Virus record (IMG/VR): IMGVR_UViG_3300027969_000092
Span: 2,262-66,261 of that record
Length of the DNA stretch: 64,000 nt
DNA from: a virus
Reading direction: 5' to 3' (one strand)
Of this stretch, positions 1 through 10,082 are shown one piece after another. Under the pieces are notes generated by a model that was given only the letters and a program-made list of their open reading frames with translations, made no database searches and was not told the origin of the DNA. The position numbers and the translations under genes are program-made. Within the stretch, counting starts at the first letter, position 1. Every line of letters starts with the position of its first letter.

Positions 1-1
1 C

Positions 2-1411
2 CCACAAAATGTTTCCCCGCTTCAAAAAATGATATCGTCTTTGCCAGCGGCGCAACAACCCATTGCTATGAACGCATGGAAATCCGGTGATGTGGATACT
101 GTTGAGTCTATGGTTATTGCCAATGAAAAGAACCGCACAACTGAAGCTAAAAACTTAGACATGTTGCGTAGTTTGCCCGCTGGTCCGGAGCGTGATATGT
201 TTATGGCTCAAGCATATAAAGACGCAGCAGCTAATCGTACAATGATTACGCCTGAAGGCGAGATTCCGTTTACACCAAGTTACGCACCTAGGCCACCTGG
301 CATGGGTGGTGCTACCACACCAACACCAACAGGCGGTGTAGATTTAAGACAGGTTGCATTAAATGCTGGAATACCAGCTAGTGCAATTATTAGTGATTAT
401 CGTGATCCCGCCAAACAGTTAAGTTTAATTGACCGTGAAGATCCTAATAATCCTGGAAAATTTTTAACTAAAGAGGGTCGTTCTGTAGCATTACCTGGTC
501 AAAGCGCCCACCAAATTCCGGGGGCTGGTTTAGATCTTAAATTATCTTATACCCCAACTGCAGCACAAGAAAAAGCGTTGGCGGCAGCTGGAGCAATAAA
601 AATTCCAGGTCATGCTGGGCACTATCAACTGCCAATTTCTAAAATGAACGCCTCTTTGGCCGCTAATGCAACAGCCCCAACTGAAAACATTGGTGGCTAT
701 AGTCCTCAATCTAAACAAGGTCAGGAGTTAATTACTAAGGGTATCGCTGGCGACAATGAGTCTCTCATTAAAAATCTTCAAGATCCAGCGCTTGCTCAAG
801 CAAGAGCTCAGGAAAAATTACCAGGTCAAATCACTAGAACTTTAGATATTTTAGATAAAACTAAAACCGGTCCTGGCGCATCTACAGCAATGTTAGTGAC
901 AGAGTTAAAAGGCTTTTTTGGCGAATTAAAACCTGAACAATTGCAACAGTTAGTTAATCAAAAAACAATTACTCAAACCCAAGCAACGTTAATTGCTAGT
1001 GGAATTAAATCTGCGTTTGGTGCTCAGTTGTCCGACAAAGAAGGTGATCGTTTTGCAAAAACCTTGTTTACAATTGACGATCCAAAACAATTTATTAGAG
1101 CAACTTTAGAATTGCAACGAGCTGGTGTTTTTGCTAACAGAGCGTTTGCTAACGCTATGGTTGGTGCTCCTGTTAAAGCACAAGCCTATAGAGAATACTT
1201 ATCAAAAGAAGAATCCATTAATGATAAGATTCTTAAAGAGCATGCTCCAACAGTTTGGGCTCAGATGCAAAAAACTCAAGCTGAGAAACCTGCTGCTGCA
1301 GCTGAAAAACCTGCAAACATTCCGAAAGAATACACTTTGGCCCCGGATAACAAATATTATGCTCCGGACCCAAAACGCCCTGGAAAATACTTAATGTGGG
1401 AAGGTAAATAA
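2..1411 (+). CDS. Internal virion/ejection protein with embedded peptidase M15-like (peptidoglycan hydrolase) domain; 5'-truncated by the window
   Basis: Frame is open from base 2; contains SDYRD..Q..L, VALPGQSAH..GAGLD and GHYQ, matching the M15/LAS SxHxxGxAxD and H motifs; lies at the end of the late operon. Confidence 0.55.
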   Translation, partial: PQNVSPLQKMISSLPAAQQPIAMNAWKSGDVDTVESMVIANEKNRTTEAKNLDMLRSLPAGPERDMFMAQAYKDAAANRTMITPEGEIPFTPSYAPRPPGMGGATTPTPTGGVDLRQVALNAGIPASAIISDYRDPAKQLSLIDREDPNNPGKFLTKEGRSVALPGQSAHQIPGAGLDLKLSYTPTAAQEKALAAAGAIKIPGHAGHYQLPISKMNASLAANATAPTENIGGYSPQSKQGQELITKGIAGDNESLIKNLQDPALAQARAQEKLPGQITRTLDILDKTKTGPGASTAMLVTELKGFFGELKPEQLQQLVNQKTITQTQATLIASGIKSAFGAQLSDKEGDRFAKTLFTIDDPKQFIRATLELQRAGVFANRAFANAMVGAPVKAQAYREYLSKEESINDKILKEHAPTVWAQMQKTQAEKPAAAAEKPANIPKEYTLAPDNKYYAPDPKRPGKYLMWEGK

Positions 1412-1412
1412 T

Positions 1413-3656
1413 ATGGCTGGAGTTCCAGTTGAGCATGACCCATTTGGTGCAAATTCAAAAGCGGTTCCAGTTGAATATGATCCATTTAAAAAAGCAGCTC
1501 CTAAGTACGAGCCTGCAGAGGATACAATGTATTCTCCTGACGGAGCTCCTTTAATTACACCACAATCTATGGGTGAAGGCACCACTGGTGGTAGGTTTGC
1601 TAGGGACATTATGACAGACGTAGTGTCTGCTCCTATTAGAGCCAGTATGAGCCTAGCCAAGCCCGCTGTTGGTGCAGCAGAATGGGCTGGCATATCCACT
1701 CCATCTAAAGCTGTCCTTGAGATGGACAAAGGTATTGCAAAACAATCAGAAATTTTGGATTCCGGTATCAGTCCCTTTTCAACCGCTGCCAGTTTGGCTG
1801 GCGACATTTACGGCTTTAACAAGCTGGGCGGTTTGGCAAGTAAAGTTGCTCCAGCTGCAATGAAAGTACCCGCTTGGTTAAAGCCAATCATGGGTGGTGC
1901 CGCAGCCGGTGCAATTCAGCCAACTGGAAAAGCTATGGGAGAAGAAGGTTTCCTGCCAGAGAAAGCAGCTGACATTGGTATTGGTGCTGCATTAGGCCCA
2001 GTTGCTGAAAAAGTTGTTAAGGGTGCGGGTGCTGTTTTGTCTCCTCAGCTGCAGCGTTTAAAAGATTTAGCTGCACAAGGCATTGACACATCTAAGTTAA
2101 CCTTGGGTCAAATACTTGGTGGTAAAGCTCAATCTGTAGAAAACTTTTTACAGGGTATCCCTGGCGGCGGAGTTAAAACACTTGTAAAAGAAGGTCAAGA
2201 AAGTATTCAAGAACAAGCTGCTAAACGTACATCTAATTTTGATAATCTTTTAGACCAGTTTAAAGATACAAACAAACAAAAAATTACTCAAGATTTTGAG
2301 GCAGCTAAGTTTAATTTAGAGAAACAAGGTTTAGCTTCAGATCCTAAGTTAAATGAATATATTAAAATGATGGAAAAAGGTCTTGCTGATAAAAACGCAG
2401 ACTTTAGCTTGCCAATCTTTAATAAGGTTCTTTCCAATCTTGGTCAAAAACTACCCACTGGTGTTAAAGGTAACGCTGCTGTTGACTTTACACAGACAGC
2501 AGTTTCAAAAGGCTATGATGATGCCCTTGAAAAAATAGGCACTGTAAAAATTACACCGAATCGGATGCAAGAGTTTAATGATATTTTAGAACGAGCCAAG
2601 GGTGAGTTTGGTGATGCAGATCCAGCGTTGTTTAAACAACTGCAAACTGATATTAATACAAAGATGCTAGGTAATTTTGCAGAATCTACAAACATTCCGG
2701 CAAATAAATGGCATACCGTTTTTAAAGAAATTGGTGAGAAATCTTTTGGTAAGCGTGATGCCACTGGGTTTGAAAGAGACTATGCTAAGTCTTTGTATGA
2801 AGCCCAAAAAGTATGGAAAAAGATGGCAGAAGACGCCGATCCAACTGGTGCCATTAAGAAGGTAAACGCAGCTCACTCTGAATTGCAAATCCCACAACGT
2901 GCTGCGTCATACGTTTCTGGTGTTAAGCTACGTGGTGGTGCATTTAGTCCTGAAGAGCTGCTTGGTGCAAGTGCTAAGGAAAGCAGTCAGAAGGCTTTTG
3001 CCGCTGGTAAAGCTCCGTATCAACAGCAAGCCAAAGAAAGTTTTGACACAATGAAATTGGCAGAAAAAGATTTAAATGCCAAAATTAAAGCATTACAAAG
3101 TTCTAAAGAAAAATCTAAAAGCACTAAACTTGAGGCTTTACAAAAAGAACGCGATGTGCTTCTAGAAAACATGAATAGTTTACAAGCTAAATTGGAAAAG
3201 CGTGTTGGTGCCAAGAAAGAAAAGCTAGCTGATGTAGTTGGAGAAATTAAAGAACGTGGCAAGCCTGTCGGTGCTTTAGCTGGTATGGCCCCAATGACAT
3301 TGCCTTTAGTCCCAGCGGCTTTACGTGGTTTAATGCAAAACGAAGGTGCAACAATTCCGAACGTAGCTGCTCAGTTAAGTGATTTAGGGCCAGCGTACTA
3401 TGGTTTATTGGCAGCACCAACTATTGCAACTAAACTTGGATATGGCAACCCATTGGCTCAGAAACTATTCAAGGGCGCTGCAACCACGCGTCCAGAGTTT
3501 ATGACTCAAGCTGGTGAAGCATTAAAGCAAGCGCCTAATACAGGAATGCTTGCCGGTACAGAGGCTGTTCAAGAGCCAGTGAAACAGTTTATGAATCAAA
3601 TACAAGGCCTCGGTCAAAAAGAAGGTGGCCTTGTGTCTTTGGAAAAGAAACAATAA
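1413..3656 (+). CDS. Large internal virion/ejection protein
   Basis: 747 aa, Ala/Gly/Lys-rich and helical; duplicated N-terminal VPVE(H/Y)DPF motif; C-terminal KEGGLV motif; last late gene. Confidence 0.5.
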   Translation: MAGVPVEHDPFGANSKAVPVEYDPFKKAAPKYEPAEDTMYSPDGAPLITPQSMGEGTTGGRFARDIMTDVVSAPIRASMSLAKPAVGAAEWAGISTPSKAVLEMDKGIAKQSEILDSGISPFSTAASLAGDIYGFNKLGGLASKVAPAAMKVPAWLKPIMGGAAAGAIQPTGKAMGEEGFLPEKAADIGIGAALGPVAEKVVKGAGAVLSPQLQRLKDLAAQGIDTSKLTLGQILGGKAQSVENFLQGIPGGGVKTLVKEGQESIQEQAAKRTSNFDNLLDQFKDTNKQKITQDFEAAKFNLEKQGLASDPKLNEYIKMMEKGLADKNADFSLPIFNKVLSNLGQKLPTGVKGNAAVDFTQTAVSKGYDDALEKIGTVKITPNRMQEFNDILERAKGEFGDADPALFKQLQTDINTKMLGNFAESTNIPANKWHTVFKEIGEKSFGKRDATGFERDYAKSLYEAQKVWKKMAEDADPTGAIKKVNAAHSELQIPQRAASYVSGVKLRGGAFSPEELLGASAKESSQKAFAAGKAPYQQQAKESFDTMKLAEKDLNAKIKALQSSKEKSKSTKLEALQKERDVLLENMNSLQAKLEKRVGAKKEKLADVVGEIKERGKPVGALAGMAPMTLPLVPAALRGLMQNEGATIPNVAAQLSDLGPAYYGLLAAPTIATKLGYGNPLAQKLFKGAATTRPEFMTQAGEALKQAPNTGMLAGTEAVQEPVKQFMNQIQGLGQKEGGLVSLEKKQ

Positions 3657-5606
3657 CTACTTCTTATAGCGCTTACTGACCCAGCCCTCTGCAGCTAGGG
3701 GGAAGTCAGAAGCCCAAGATGGTGGTGTAGTCATAATCTGCATCACCTCATTCTCTAGGGCTTCTTCTGCACCATCCTCATCAACTAGGAGTAGCACCTC
3801 ATCGTGAATAGAGTTGATAACCTCGAACCCTTTGTTCTCCAAAGCCAACATGGAGTTAGCCAAGAAATCCCTAGCGGTGCCTTGGACAGCCGATTGGAAG
3901 ATGGAGCTACCAATCAGGGGGTTACGCTTCCACTGTCTGGTGTAGGTGTTCTGAGAATGGATAGTGATGCCGAGCTTCTCCTGACCCCAGGGTGTGGTGA
4001 GCAACTCGAGCTCTGGCCTCTGCCAACAAATCAGCCGTCCACTGGGTAGTTGCATCCACAACGCATTTCTAGCAACCTTTAACTTCAACTTTGTGCCAGC
4101 GACAAACCCTGTACCGGGATTGTTTACCGCATCAATTGCAGCAGCTTCGCATTTACCCCAAAGTGCCTTTACCCTTGCATAAGACGTTCGGTAGTTATCT
4201 ACTGCGTTCTTAGCCTGTCCCTCACTTATCTTGACACCCATCCCCTCAGCATATTTAACAAGGCCTTTAGCACCCTGACCAAACATCGCACCAAGGACCG
4301 CAGACTTGCTAATCTGGCGTTGTTCCTTCGTGACTTCCTCATAGGGTACGTGGTATAAACTTTCCGAAGCGAAGACCTTGTACTCATCTAATCCTTTCCG
4401 GAACAATTCCACTTTGTCATTTTGCCCAGCCAAGTAGACACCAACTCGGTTTTCAATTGAGCTAAAATCCACGTCAACGAAGGTCTTGCCCCGTGGAGCA
4501 ACAATAGCAGATCGGACAAGGGAAGAGAGTTGTTGCATTGTAGCGCGACCCTCATTAAATGCGCTTGGTATTGCGAGTTCAATTTCCTCATCGCTGATGG
4601 TTGGTCGGGCAATATTTTGTAAATTAAGCCCACCACGGCTCGCCCAGCGGCCGGTACTAGCGCCATGATATACCAGTGTATTCCTAATCCTGCCTTCACG
4701 TTGTATCTCCATCATCTTAGCGTACTTAGCCACGCTAGTTTGGCTTCCTTCTTGGCGCAATCTCAGCACCTTTTTAATGCTATCAAATATGTTGCTTTGC
4801 AGCATTTTTTCAACGGTCTCTGCGGTCAAATCTGGCAGTGGTGCATGCGGTACACGCAGGTTAATCCATGCCAGTAATTGAGCCCGTTCAGAGGGCTTAC
4901 AACCGGTCAGGGAGCGACATTCGTCATCCAGTAAGGCCTGGGCATCACCTACAGCTTTGACGGCGTTTTGGAGCTCTATAGGATCCACTGGGACGCCTCT
5001 TAGGTTGATACGCTGGGTGAGGGTCCAGACATCCTGTTCGGCCGGTGATAGGGGCCTTAAATTGGCTGCAATCGCCATCTCTGTACGGACGTCCTGTGCG
5101 CAGTAATCAAACAGCTCTTTTAGAAGAGCAGGATCGTTGTTAAATTCACCTTTGTGGGGTTTGCATAGCTTCTGAATTAGGTATCTGCCACGGGTATCTT
5201 TTTGCTGGTTTGCGTCCATAAAGATAGCCGCTTCACCCAGTGATTGGGGTATGTTATTGGCTGCCGCTATGGCCATGGAGTCAATGCACTGTTCCAGCTT
5301 TAGTGGCGGCCAGCCGTACTTTGGCACACAGACACAGTTCCAGATGGCGTACTCGAACATGGCGTTCCATGCCTGGATTTTGCCGCCACGTTTTACATGG
5401 TCAAGAAGGCAATTAAACTTGTACCTGCGAATTGTTAAATTTTCTGTTGGGCCGGTTTGAGCCAATCCAACAACAGTCACATCGGAAGGTTCGGTGCCGA
5501 ACGCAATACACAAAACTTCTGTGCTGGGGTCGTTGGCGTAAATGTCTAGCCCTTGGTCGGCTAGGTCGATGGCGCTGCGTGTTTCAAAGTCAATGCTGTA
5601 AATCAT
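3657..5606 (-). CDS. polA: Family A DNA polymerase with 3'-5' exonuclease
   Basis: ExoI IDFET, AWNAMFE, motif A VDFSSIENR, motif B RQISKSAVLG, motif C IHDEVL. Confidence 0.95.
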   Translation of the reverse strand: MIYSIDFETRSAIDLADQGLDIYANDPSTEVLCIAFGTEPSDVTVVGLAQTGPTENLTIRRYKFNCLLDHVKRGGKIQAWNAMFEYAIWNCVCVPKYGWPPLKLEQCIDSMAIAAANNIPQSLGEAAIFMDANQQKDTRGRYLIQKLCKPHKGEFNNDPALLKELFDYCAQDVRTEMAIAANLRPLSPAEQDVWTLTQRINLRGVPVDPIELQNAVKAVGDAQALLDDECRSLTGCKPSERAQLLAWINLRVPHAPLPDLTAETVEKMLQSNIFDSIKKVLRLRQEGSQTSVAKYAKMMEIQREGRIRNTLVYHGASTGRWASRGGLNLQNIARPTISDEEIELAIPSAFNEGRATMQQLSSLVRSAIVAPRGKTFVDVDFSSIENRVGVYLAGQNDKVELFRKGLDEYKVFASESLYHVPYEEVTKEQRQISKSAVLGAMFGQGAKGLVKYAEGMGVKISEGQAKNAVDNYRTSYARVKALWGKCEAAAIDAVNNPGTGFVAGTKLKLKVARNALWMQLPSGRLICWQRPELELLTTPWGQEKLGITIHSQNTYTRQWKRNPLIGSSIFQSAVQGTARDFLANSMLALENKGFEVINSIHDEVLLLVDEDGAEEALENEVMQIMTTPPSWASDFPLAAEGWVSKRYKK

Positions 5607-5636
5607 ATATGCTCCTTAGGCAACCGACGTATCGGG

Positions 5637-5662
5637 AAAAAAGGGGGCCGGACTGCGCCCCC
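5637..5662 (-). terminator. Rho-independent terminator
   Basis: Minus strand GGGGGC-GCAGTCCG-GCCCCC followed by TTTTTT. Confidence 0.65.
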
Positions 5663-5687
5663 AAACCAACCACCATGTAAAACTTAA

Positions 5688-5879
5688 TTATACACCAATT
5701 CTATTTATTACCTGTTGCTTTTCACTGTTTGATAAACGGGTCCAAGCTGTAATCTCCTCTCTTGTTCTTTGGCATCCTTTACAAACGCCAAAGAAGTCGA
5801 GTGAACATTTTCCCACACAGGGACTTGCCACCTCCATGCTTCGTTCCAGTTCCACAGATTGAGTGGAGGGCAGGCCCAT
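5688..5879 (-). CDS. DUF1289-like Cys-rich small protein (real start probably Met at 5837)
   Basis: SPCVGKC...CKGCQRTREEITAW signature. Confidence 0.75.
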   Translation of the reverse strand: MGLPSTQSVELERSMEVASPCVGKCSLDFFGVCKGCQRTREEITAWTRLSNSEKQQVINRIGV

Positions 5880-5882
5880 GGA

Positions 5883-7757
5883 TCAGATCTCACAGACACC
5901 AGCGGTACACGCTAACATCTGAGCGCCCTCTACGTTGTCCGTGTTTTCTTTGAGGTCGAGCCAGTTGATCGTGGGGATCTTGGCTTTGAGCTCGTTGTAC
6001 TCTTCTTCGGTGCACTCTTCGTACGGGGCTTGGCGGTACGTTCCTCCGTCGTAAGGCAGGTAGGAAACTCCTGAGATTTCGTCAAAGTTTTCCCACGTCC
6101 AGGCGCCGACTGCTGGCCAGTCTTTTTCTTCAACTGAAATGGTGACCGACGGCTTATGCTCGCACCAGTGTCTTTGGTATGTGAGCCAAAGCGCAAGATG
6201 CGATAGAGGAGTAACATCTGATCTTGTGATTCCGGCGGGTGCTTTTTGAGGAAAGCTAAACACAACCGTCTGATCTGGTTTATAAACACATGCTTCATTT
6301 GGTACTCCTTGATTAACTAAGAACGTTGTGAGAGGATCTTTTTTGTCTCCTCTAACTCGGCGGATATAGAATTTAGAATGTCTTGGGTGGATTCCAGAAG
6401 CGCTGTCAACGAGTTGGCTGACTGTTCCGCTGGGTTTAACGCAAGTAATTGCAGCACTCTTAGGTATTCCAAGCAATCCTGCAAACTCTTCATTAGTTCT
6501 TCTAGCTTCCTCTCGAAGCTCGGTAAGTAAGGCATTTAACTCTTCTCCTTGCGTTGTAAGTAACGGATTATCGTAGATCCCCGTGAGAGAGACTCCGAGG
6601 AGGCGTTCTTCTTCGGTATTGCGTTGCCACACTTTTCGCAGGTAAGGGAATTTTGTGAAGGTGGACTGGATTGTACCAAGGATGGCGGCAAGCCGCACTT
6701 TACGCAATAAGGTTTCTTTGGTGTCATCATGTCTTACCACCACTTCAGAGAGGTTACAAAATTGGTAGGGGCGAAGAACAATTTCGGAACAAGGATTGGT
6801 CCCAAACTCAAAATTAGGATCACGATGACCATATTTAGCCACAGTTTTTTGAGCAGCTTCACGATTAAATATCCCACGCTCACCGGAATGACTATTATAA
6901 AGGCTAAGCCATTCTTCCATAAACTTTCCGACTGTAGGAGTTGTGTTATAGACTGCTGAGTTATTGGCAAGGGCTCTGTGTGGTGCTGTGTCCCACCAAG
7001 GTCCTGCTTTGGCATGGCGAATCCTTTCATCATCAAGGTCAGATAGTGAGATCATTGCAGAGCGGCGAACGCCACCCACTACAACAACTTCACCAATTTT
7101 ACACATCAAGTCGTGGCACTCCAGTGAGTGCAAGCGACGACCTTTAGCATGTTTAAATGTTGCTACAGTAAACTCAAACAGGTCAATCAGTGGTTGTGGC
7201 CCGGAAGCTCTTCCACCAAAAGTTTTGAGTCGTGCTCCGGCAGGGCGCACGGCGCTGACGTCCCACTTTGGTATTTCTCCAGCCCAGAGGTGGGCGAGGA
7301 GTAAACGTAATGATTTTGCCCATCCTTCTTTACTATCGTGTACTGCGATGGTGTGGCTGCTTTCAAATAACTGTTCCGGCACTTCGGGCAAGTTATTAAT
7401 ATACTTAGACTCGACCGAAAAGCCAACGCCCGTTCCGCATAGCAAAATGAACATGGCTTCGTCAAAACTTTTGGGGTCATCAATCGGGAGATAGCTGCAG
7501 TTATATACGCAAGTATTGTCACGGTCGGCACTCTTTCCTGCAGTCATCATGGCTCGCATTGACGGCATAAGTTCTAGGTTTTTAATTGCGGAGAATAATT
7601 CTTCTTTCACCGCAGAATTTGCGGAGATTACAGGAGTTCGGGTAAAAATGTAGTCAACAAAACGTTGTACTGTTTCCTCCCAGGTTTCACGACGACCTTT
7701 GTCATCTTGGAAACGGGCATAACGGCTTGCAGCTATATATTCTTGATATTGATCCAT
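5883..7757 (-). CDS. nrdJ: Class II (adenosylcobalamin-dependent) ribonucleotide reductase
   Basis: GRRETWEETV, GGVRRSA, GTNPCSE, TCVKPSGT, C-terminal CTAGVC; start moved to MDQYQ because the upstream extension overlaps a terminator. Confidence 0.93.
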   Translation of the reverse strand: MDQYQEYIAASRYARFQDDKGRRETWEETVQRFVDYIFTRTPVISANSAVKEELFSAIKNLELMPSMRAMMTAGKSADRDNTCVYNCSYLPIDDPKSFDEAMFILLCGTGVGFSVESKYINNLPEVPEQLFESSHTIAVHDSKEGWAKSLRLLLAHLWAGEIPKWDVSAVRPAGARLKTFGGRASGPQPLIDLFEFTVATFKHAKGRRLHSLECHDLMCKIGEVVVVGGVRRSAMISLSDLDDERIRHAKAGPWWDTAPHRALANNSAVYNTTPTVGKFMEEWLSLYNSHSGERGIFNREAAQKTVAKYGHRDPNFEFGTNPCSEIVLRPYQFCNLSEVVVRHDDTKETLLRKVRLAAILGTIQSTFTKFPYLRKVWQRNTEEERLLGVSLTGIYDNPLLTTQGEELNALLTELREEARRTNEEFAGLLGIPKSAAITCVKPSGTVSQLVDSASGIHPRHSKFYIRRVRGDKKDPLTTFLVNQGVPNEACVYKPDQTVVFSFPQKAPAGITRSDVTPLSHLALWLTYQRHWCEHKPSVTISVEEKDWPAVGAWTWENFDEISGVSYLPYDGGTYRQAPYEECTEEEYNELKAKIPTINWLDLKENTDNVEGAQMLACTAGVCEI

Positions 7758-7790
7758 GGCTTCTTTTATTATTGTAAGGTTATAAGGGGC

Positions 7791-7822
7791 AAAAAGGCCC
7801 AGCGCAGTTTCTACGCCGGGCC
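7791..7822 (-). terminator. Rho-independent terminator after ssb
   Basis: Minus strand GGCCCGGCGTAG-AAA-CTGCGCTGGGCC then TTTTT. Confidence 0.7.
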
Positions 7823-7850
7823 AGCCCATCTACTGGGTACTACTGACTAC

Positions 7851-8381
7851 TTATACTGCGAAGTCTGCTGCGAAGTCGTTGGCAGACACTGAAGCGCCAC
7901 CAAGTTTCTCACCGTCTTCAGTCTTCTTAACTGCGTTTAAACCGATTGCAATACCTTTGGTACCACTCACATCGTACGGATACATTGTGATTGAAGCACG
8001 GCCATAGCAACCGCTATAAAATTCATTCTTGTCCAAGATCTCTTGTGAGTTCTCATCAAAGATGCCAGGCTTCTCGTTAGAGTTAGCATTAAAGAAATAA
8101 TGACCTGCGTATACCTTGTCATCTTTCTCTAAGTCACCGTCACGTAATCCACCCTTTAATACTTTAGGCAATGATCCACCGAAGTAACCAATGTTGGCTT
8201 GCTTTGTTTCCTCAAATGCTTTGTTAAATGCTGCAACACCAGCCTTGTCTGATTTAGGAATCAGAATAGATGCTGAGTATTTCATAGAACCATTAAGTGT
8301 TTCTGCTGGCTCAAATACATGAACGAATGAGAAGCGAACTTTGTTAGTTACGTGTTTTACTTTTGTAGATTTTCCAGCCAT
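7851..8381 (-). CDS. DUF2815-family single-stranded DNA-binding protein
   Basis: VRFSFVHVFEP, KYSASILIPK, LRDGD, FYSGCYGRAS, acidic/aromatic tail. Confidence 0.9.
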   Translation of the reverse strand: MAGKSTKVKHVTNKVRFSFVHVFEPAETLNGSMKYSASILIPKSDKAGVAAFNKAFEETKQANIGYFGGSLPKVLKGGLRDGDLEKDDKVYAGHYFFNANSNEKPGIFDENSQEILDKNEFYSGCYGRASITMYPYDVSGTKGIAIGLNAVKKTEDGEKLGGASVSANDFAADFAV

Positions 8382-8467
8382 GATAGTTATTACCTTTTTA
8401 ACGTTTTATTGGATTGGACTTCAATCGGGGCCAATCCGGCAACCCGTACAACTATTATACTACACAT

Positions 8468-8725
8468 TTACGCATCGTACAATATTCCGTGCTTTGCTAA
8501 TGCTTGCCTCATTGCCAGTGCGTTAACGAAGTCTAAAAGATACTCTTTTTCCTCTAACAACTCTGGCTCTTCTGCAACTATATCCAGTATATCATAAACT
8601 GATTCTCGTAGTTGCCTAATTGAATCATGTTGTCCGCTACCTGGAAGGCACTCAAAATCTTTTGCAAACTTTTCAATCATTATATCAGGTACTTCAAACT
8701 TTGAGTCATAATATTGTACTATCAT
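8468..8725 (-). CDS. Hypothetical protein
   Basis: 85-aa ORF with ATGA coupling to the upstream gene. Confidence 0.6.
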   Translation of the reverse strand: MIVQYYDSKFEVPDIMIEKFAKDFECLPGSGQHDSIRQLRESVYDILDIVAEEPELLEEKEYLLDFVNALAMRQALAKHGILYDA

Positions 8726-8865
8726 TTTGCAACCATTACAAGCCCCACGTTGCCCAGAGCATATCCTAGGAACATGATGCCTGTACCGGTTCCCCCTTTG
8801 TAGAATTGTTCACAAGCTACGACAAAATAAACTACTCCCATTGCTGCAATTAACCATGAGCTCAT
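8722..8865 (-). CDS. Small two-TM membrane protein (47 aa; not in ORF track)
   Basis: MSSWLIAAMGVVYFVVACEQFYKGGTGTGIMFLGYALGNVGLVMVAK; ATGA overlaps at both ends. Confidence 0.7.
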   Translation of the reverse strand: MSSWLIAAMGVVYFVVACEQFYKGGTGTGIMFLGYALGNVGLVMVAK

Positions 8866-9995
8866 TTGAAGTCTTCCTTTGCATCGTCCTTAACTCGTAC
8901 CAATTTTGGCTGACCCTCTGGTCGTGATACCAAGTCGCCTAACCAAGAATCAATAGGAGATTTTGGTGATAGCTTCTTAATGGCTGAAACGGATTTTAGC
9001 TTTGGTTGCTCCCAAATGGCTTTTGCGTCCATACCTTTGTCAACTAAGATTGCTGCAGCTAACGCTGAATCAGTAATCTTTCTGTGTGTCACAGAGGTAC
9101 CTAGTTTAAAACCTGGCGGAATTATGTCTTTATCTACCGCCTGTGATAATGCAAAATCTTCTACATCAGATGCCCATGTACGTAAGTCTTGTGCTTTAGT
9201 AAGAACCTGTGATACTTCATCAGCACTTAGCAGCGGTGGGTCTTTAAATTCCAGTCTTGTAAGCTCTGTGTTGAAATCAGAACGTGCACGGCATTGTGCT
9301 TTTGCCCTACAGAACTGGCAGTGCTCACCCGGTAAGAAATCACCAGCGCCAGCCCATGCCTTCTTGGCTTTTGGTTTTACGAAGTAATTCGCCCAGTCGA
9401 CCAACTTAGCGATTGAAGTGCCATCAGATGAGATGCTGTCCAAGCGAGGCTGGTGGATCGTGTAGGATACCTCTTTGATATCTGGATACTCTTCCTTAAA
9501 TTTTGAGTAAGCACCAAGAGCGTATAGTCGCAGCTGGGCGTTGTCCTGTGCGTAGACAGGCACACCTTTTCCAAATTTGAGGTCGATGACACGAATGGAG
9601 TGCTTAGAAAGTATAACCACATCGGCTGTACCAAAGCCATCAGGTACCCAGTCAGAGAAGTCCACACGCTGCTCAAATAATGGGGTATCTCCTTCACCGA
9701 TTTGAGAACGGACGTATAGAACGTAATTATCGACGTTAGCCTCGAAATCGTCGTTGTAGTAGGGTGTTGCTTTGATGATTTCGATTTCACGTTCGTATTC
9801 TTCATAATCAATTTGTCCAAAATGATGTCGTAATTTAACCTCTGCCAGTGAGTGGGCCATAGTTCCCTCTTGACTAAAGTCAAAAGATCCTGATTGCCGT
9901 TTTTGCTCTGGGAGGGTTGCTTCTAGTCTAGCGCTTGGGGTGCAGGTAAGCCACCGTTTTGCGCCGGACGCACTGAGGAGTGCATGTGCTGTCAT
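8862..9995 (-). CDS. DUF2800 Cas4-like PD-(D/E)xK exonuclease
   Basis: HALLSASGAKRWLTC, EGTMAH, GFGTAD, IDLKFGKG, QLRLYALG, HCQFC..KAQC. Confidence 0.9.
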   Translation of the reverse strand: MTAHALLSASGAKRWLTCTPSARLEATLPEQKRQSGSFDFSQEGTMAHSLAEVKLRHHFGQIDYEEYEREIEIIKATPYYNDDFEANVDNYVLYVRSQIGEGDTPLFEQRVDFSDWVPDGFGTADVVILSKHSIRVIDLKFGKGVPVYAQDNAQLRLYALGAYSKFKEEYPDIKEVSYTIHQPRLDSISSDGTSIAKLVDWANYFVKPKAKKAWAGAGDFLPGEHCQFCRAKAQCRARSDFNTELTRLEFKDPPLLSADEVSQVLTKAQDLRTWASDVEDFALSQAVDKDIIPPGFKLGTSVTHRKITDSALAAAILVDKGMDAKAIWEQPKLKSVSAIKKLSPKSPIDSWLGDLVSRPEGQPKLVRVKDDAKEDFK

Positions 9996-10028
9996 TTTTA
10001 GCCTTTTTAAACGTTTTAGAATCTACTT

Positions 10029-10067
10029 ATACTAATGCAAAAAAGGGGCTATGTCAAGCCCCTTTTT
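10029..10067 (-). promoter_or_regulatory. sigma70 promoter TTGACA-N17-TAGTAT embedded in a terminator hairpin; also carries the GCATTAGT box
   Basis: Minus strand AAAAAGGGGC-TTGACATA-GCCCCTTTTTT-GCATTAGTAT. Confidence 0.7.
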
Positions 10068-10082
10068 GAAATAAATATAAAT

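Noticed and set aside
3654-3659. Bidirectional terminator between the convergent late and replication arms
   Set aside because: The stop codons abut directly and no convincing hairpin was found
7758-7829. N-terminal 24-aa extension of NrdJ in the ORF track
   Set aside because: Overlaps a terminator hairpin; recognisable RNR sequence begins at MDQYQ
7760-7850. Cobalamin riboswitch upstream of nrdJ
   Set aside because: Region is too short and has no B12-box
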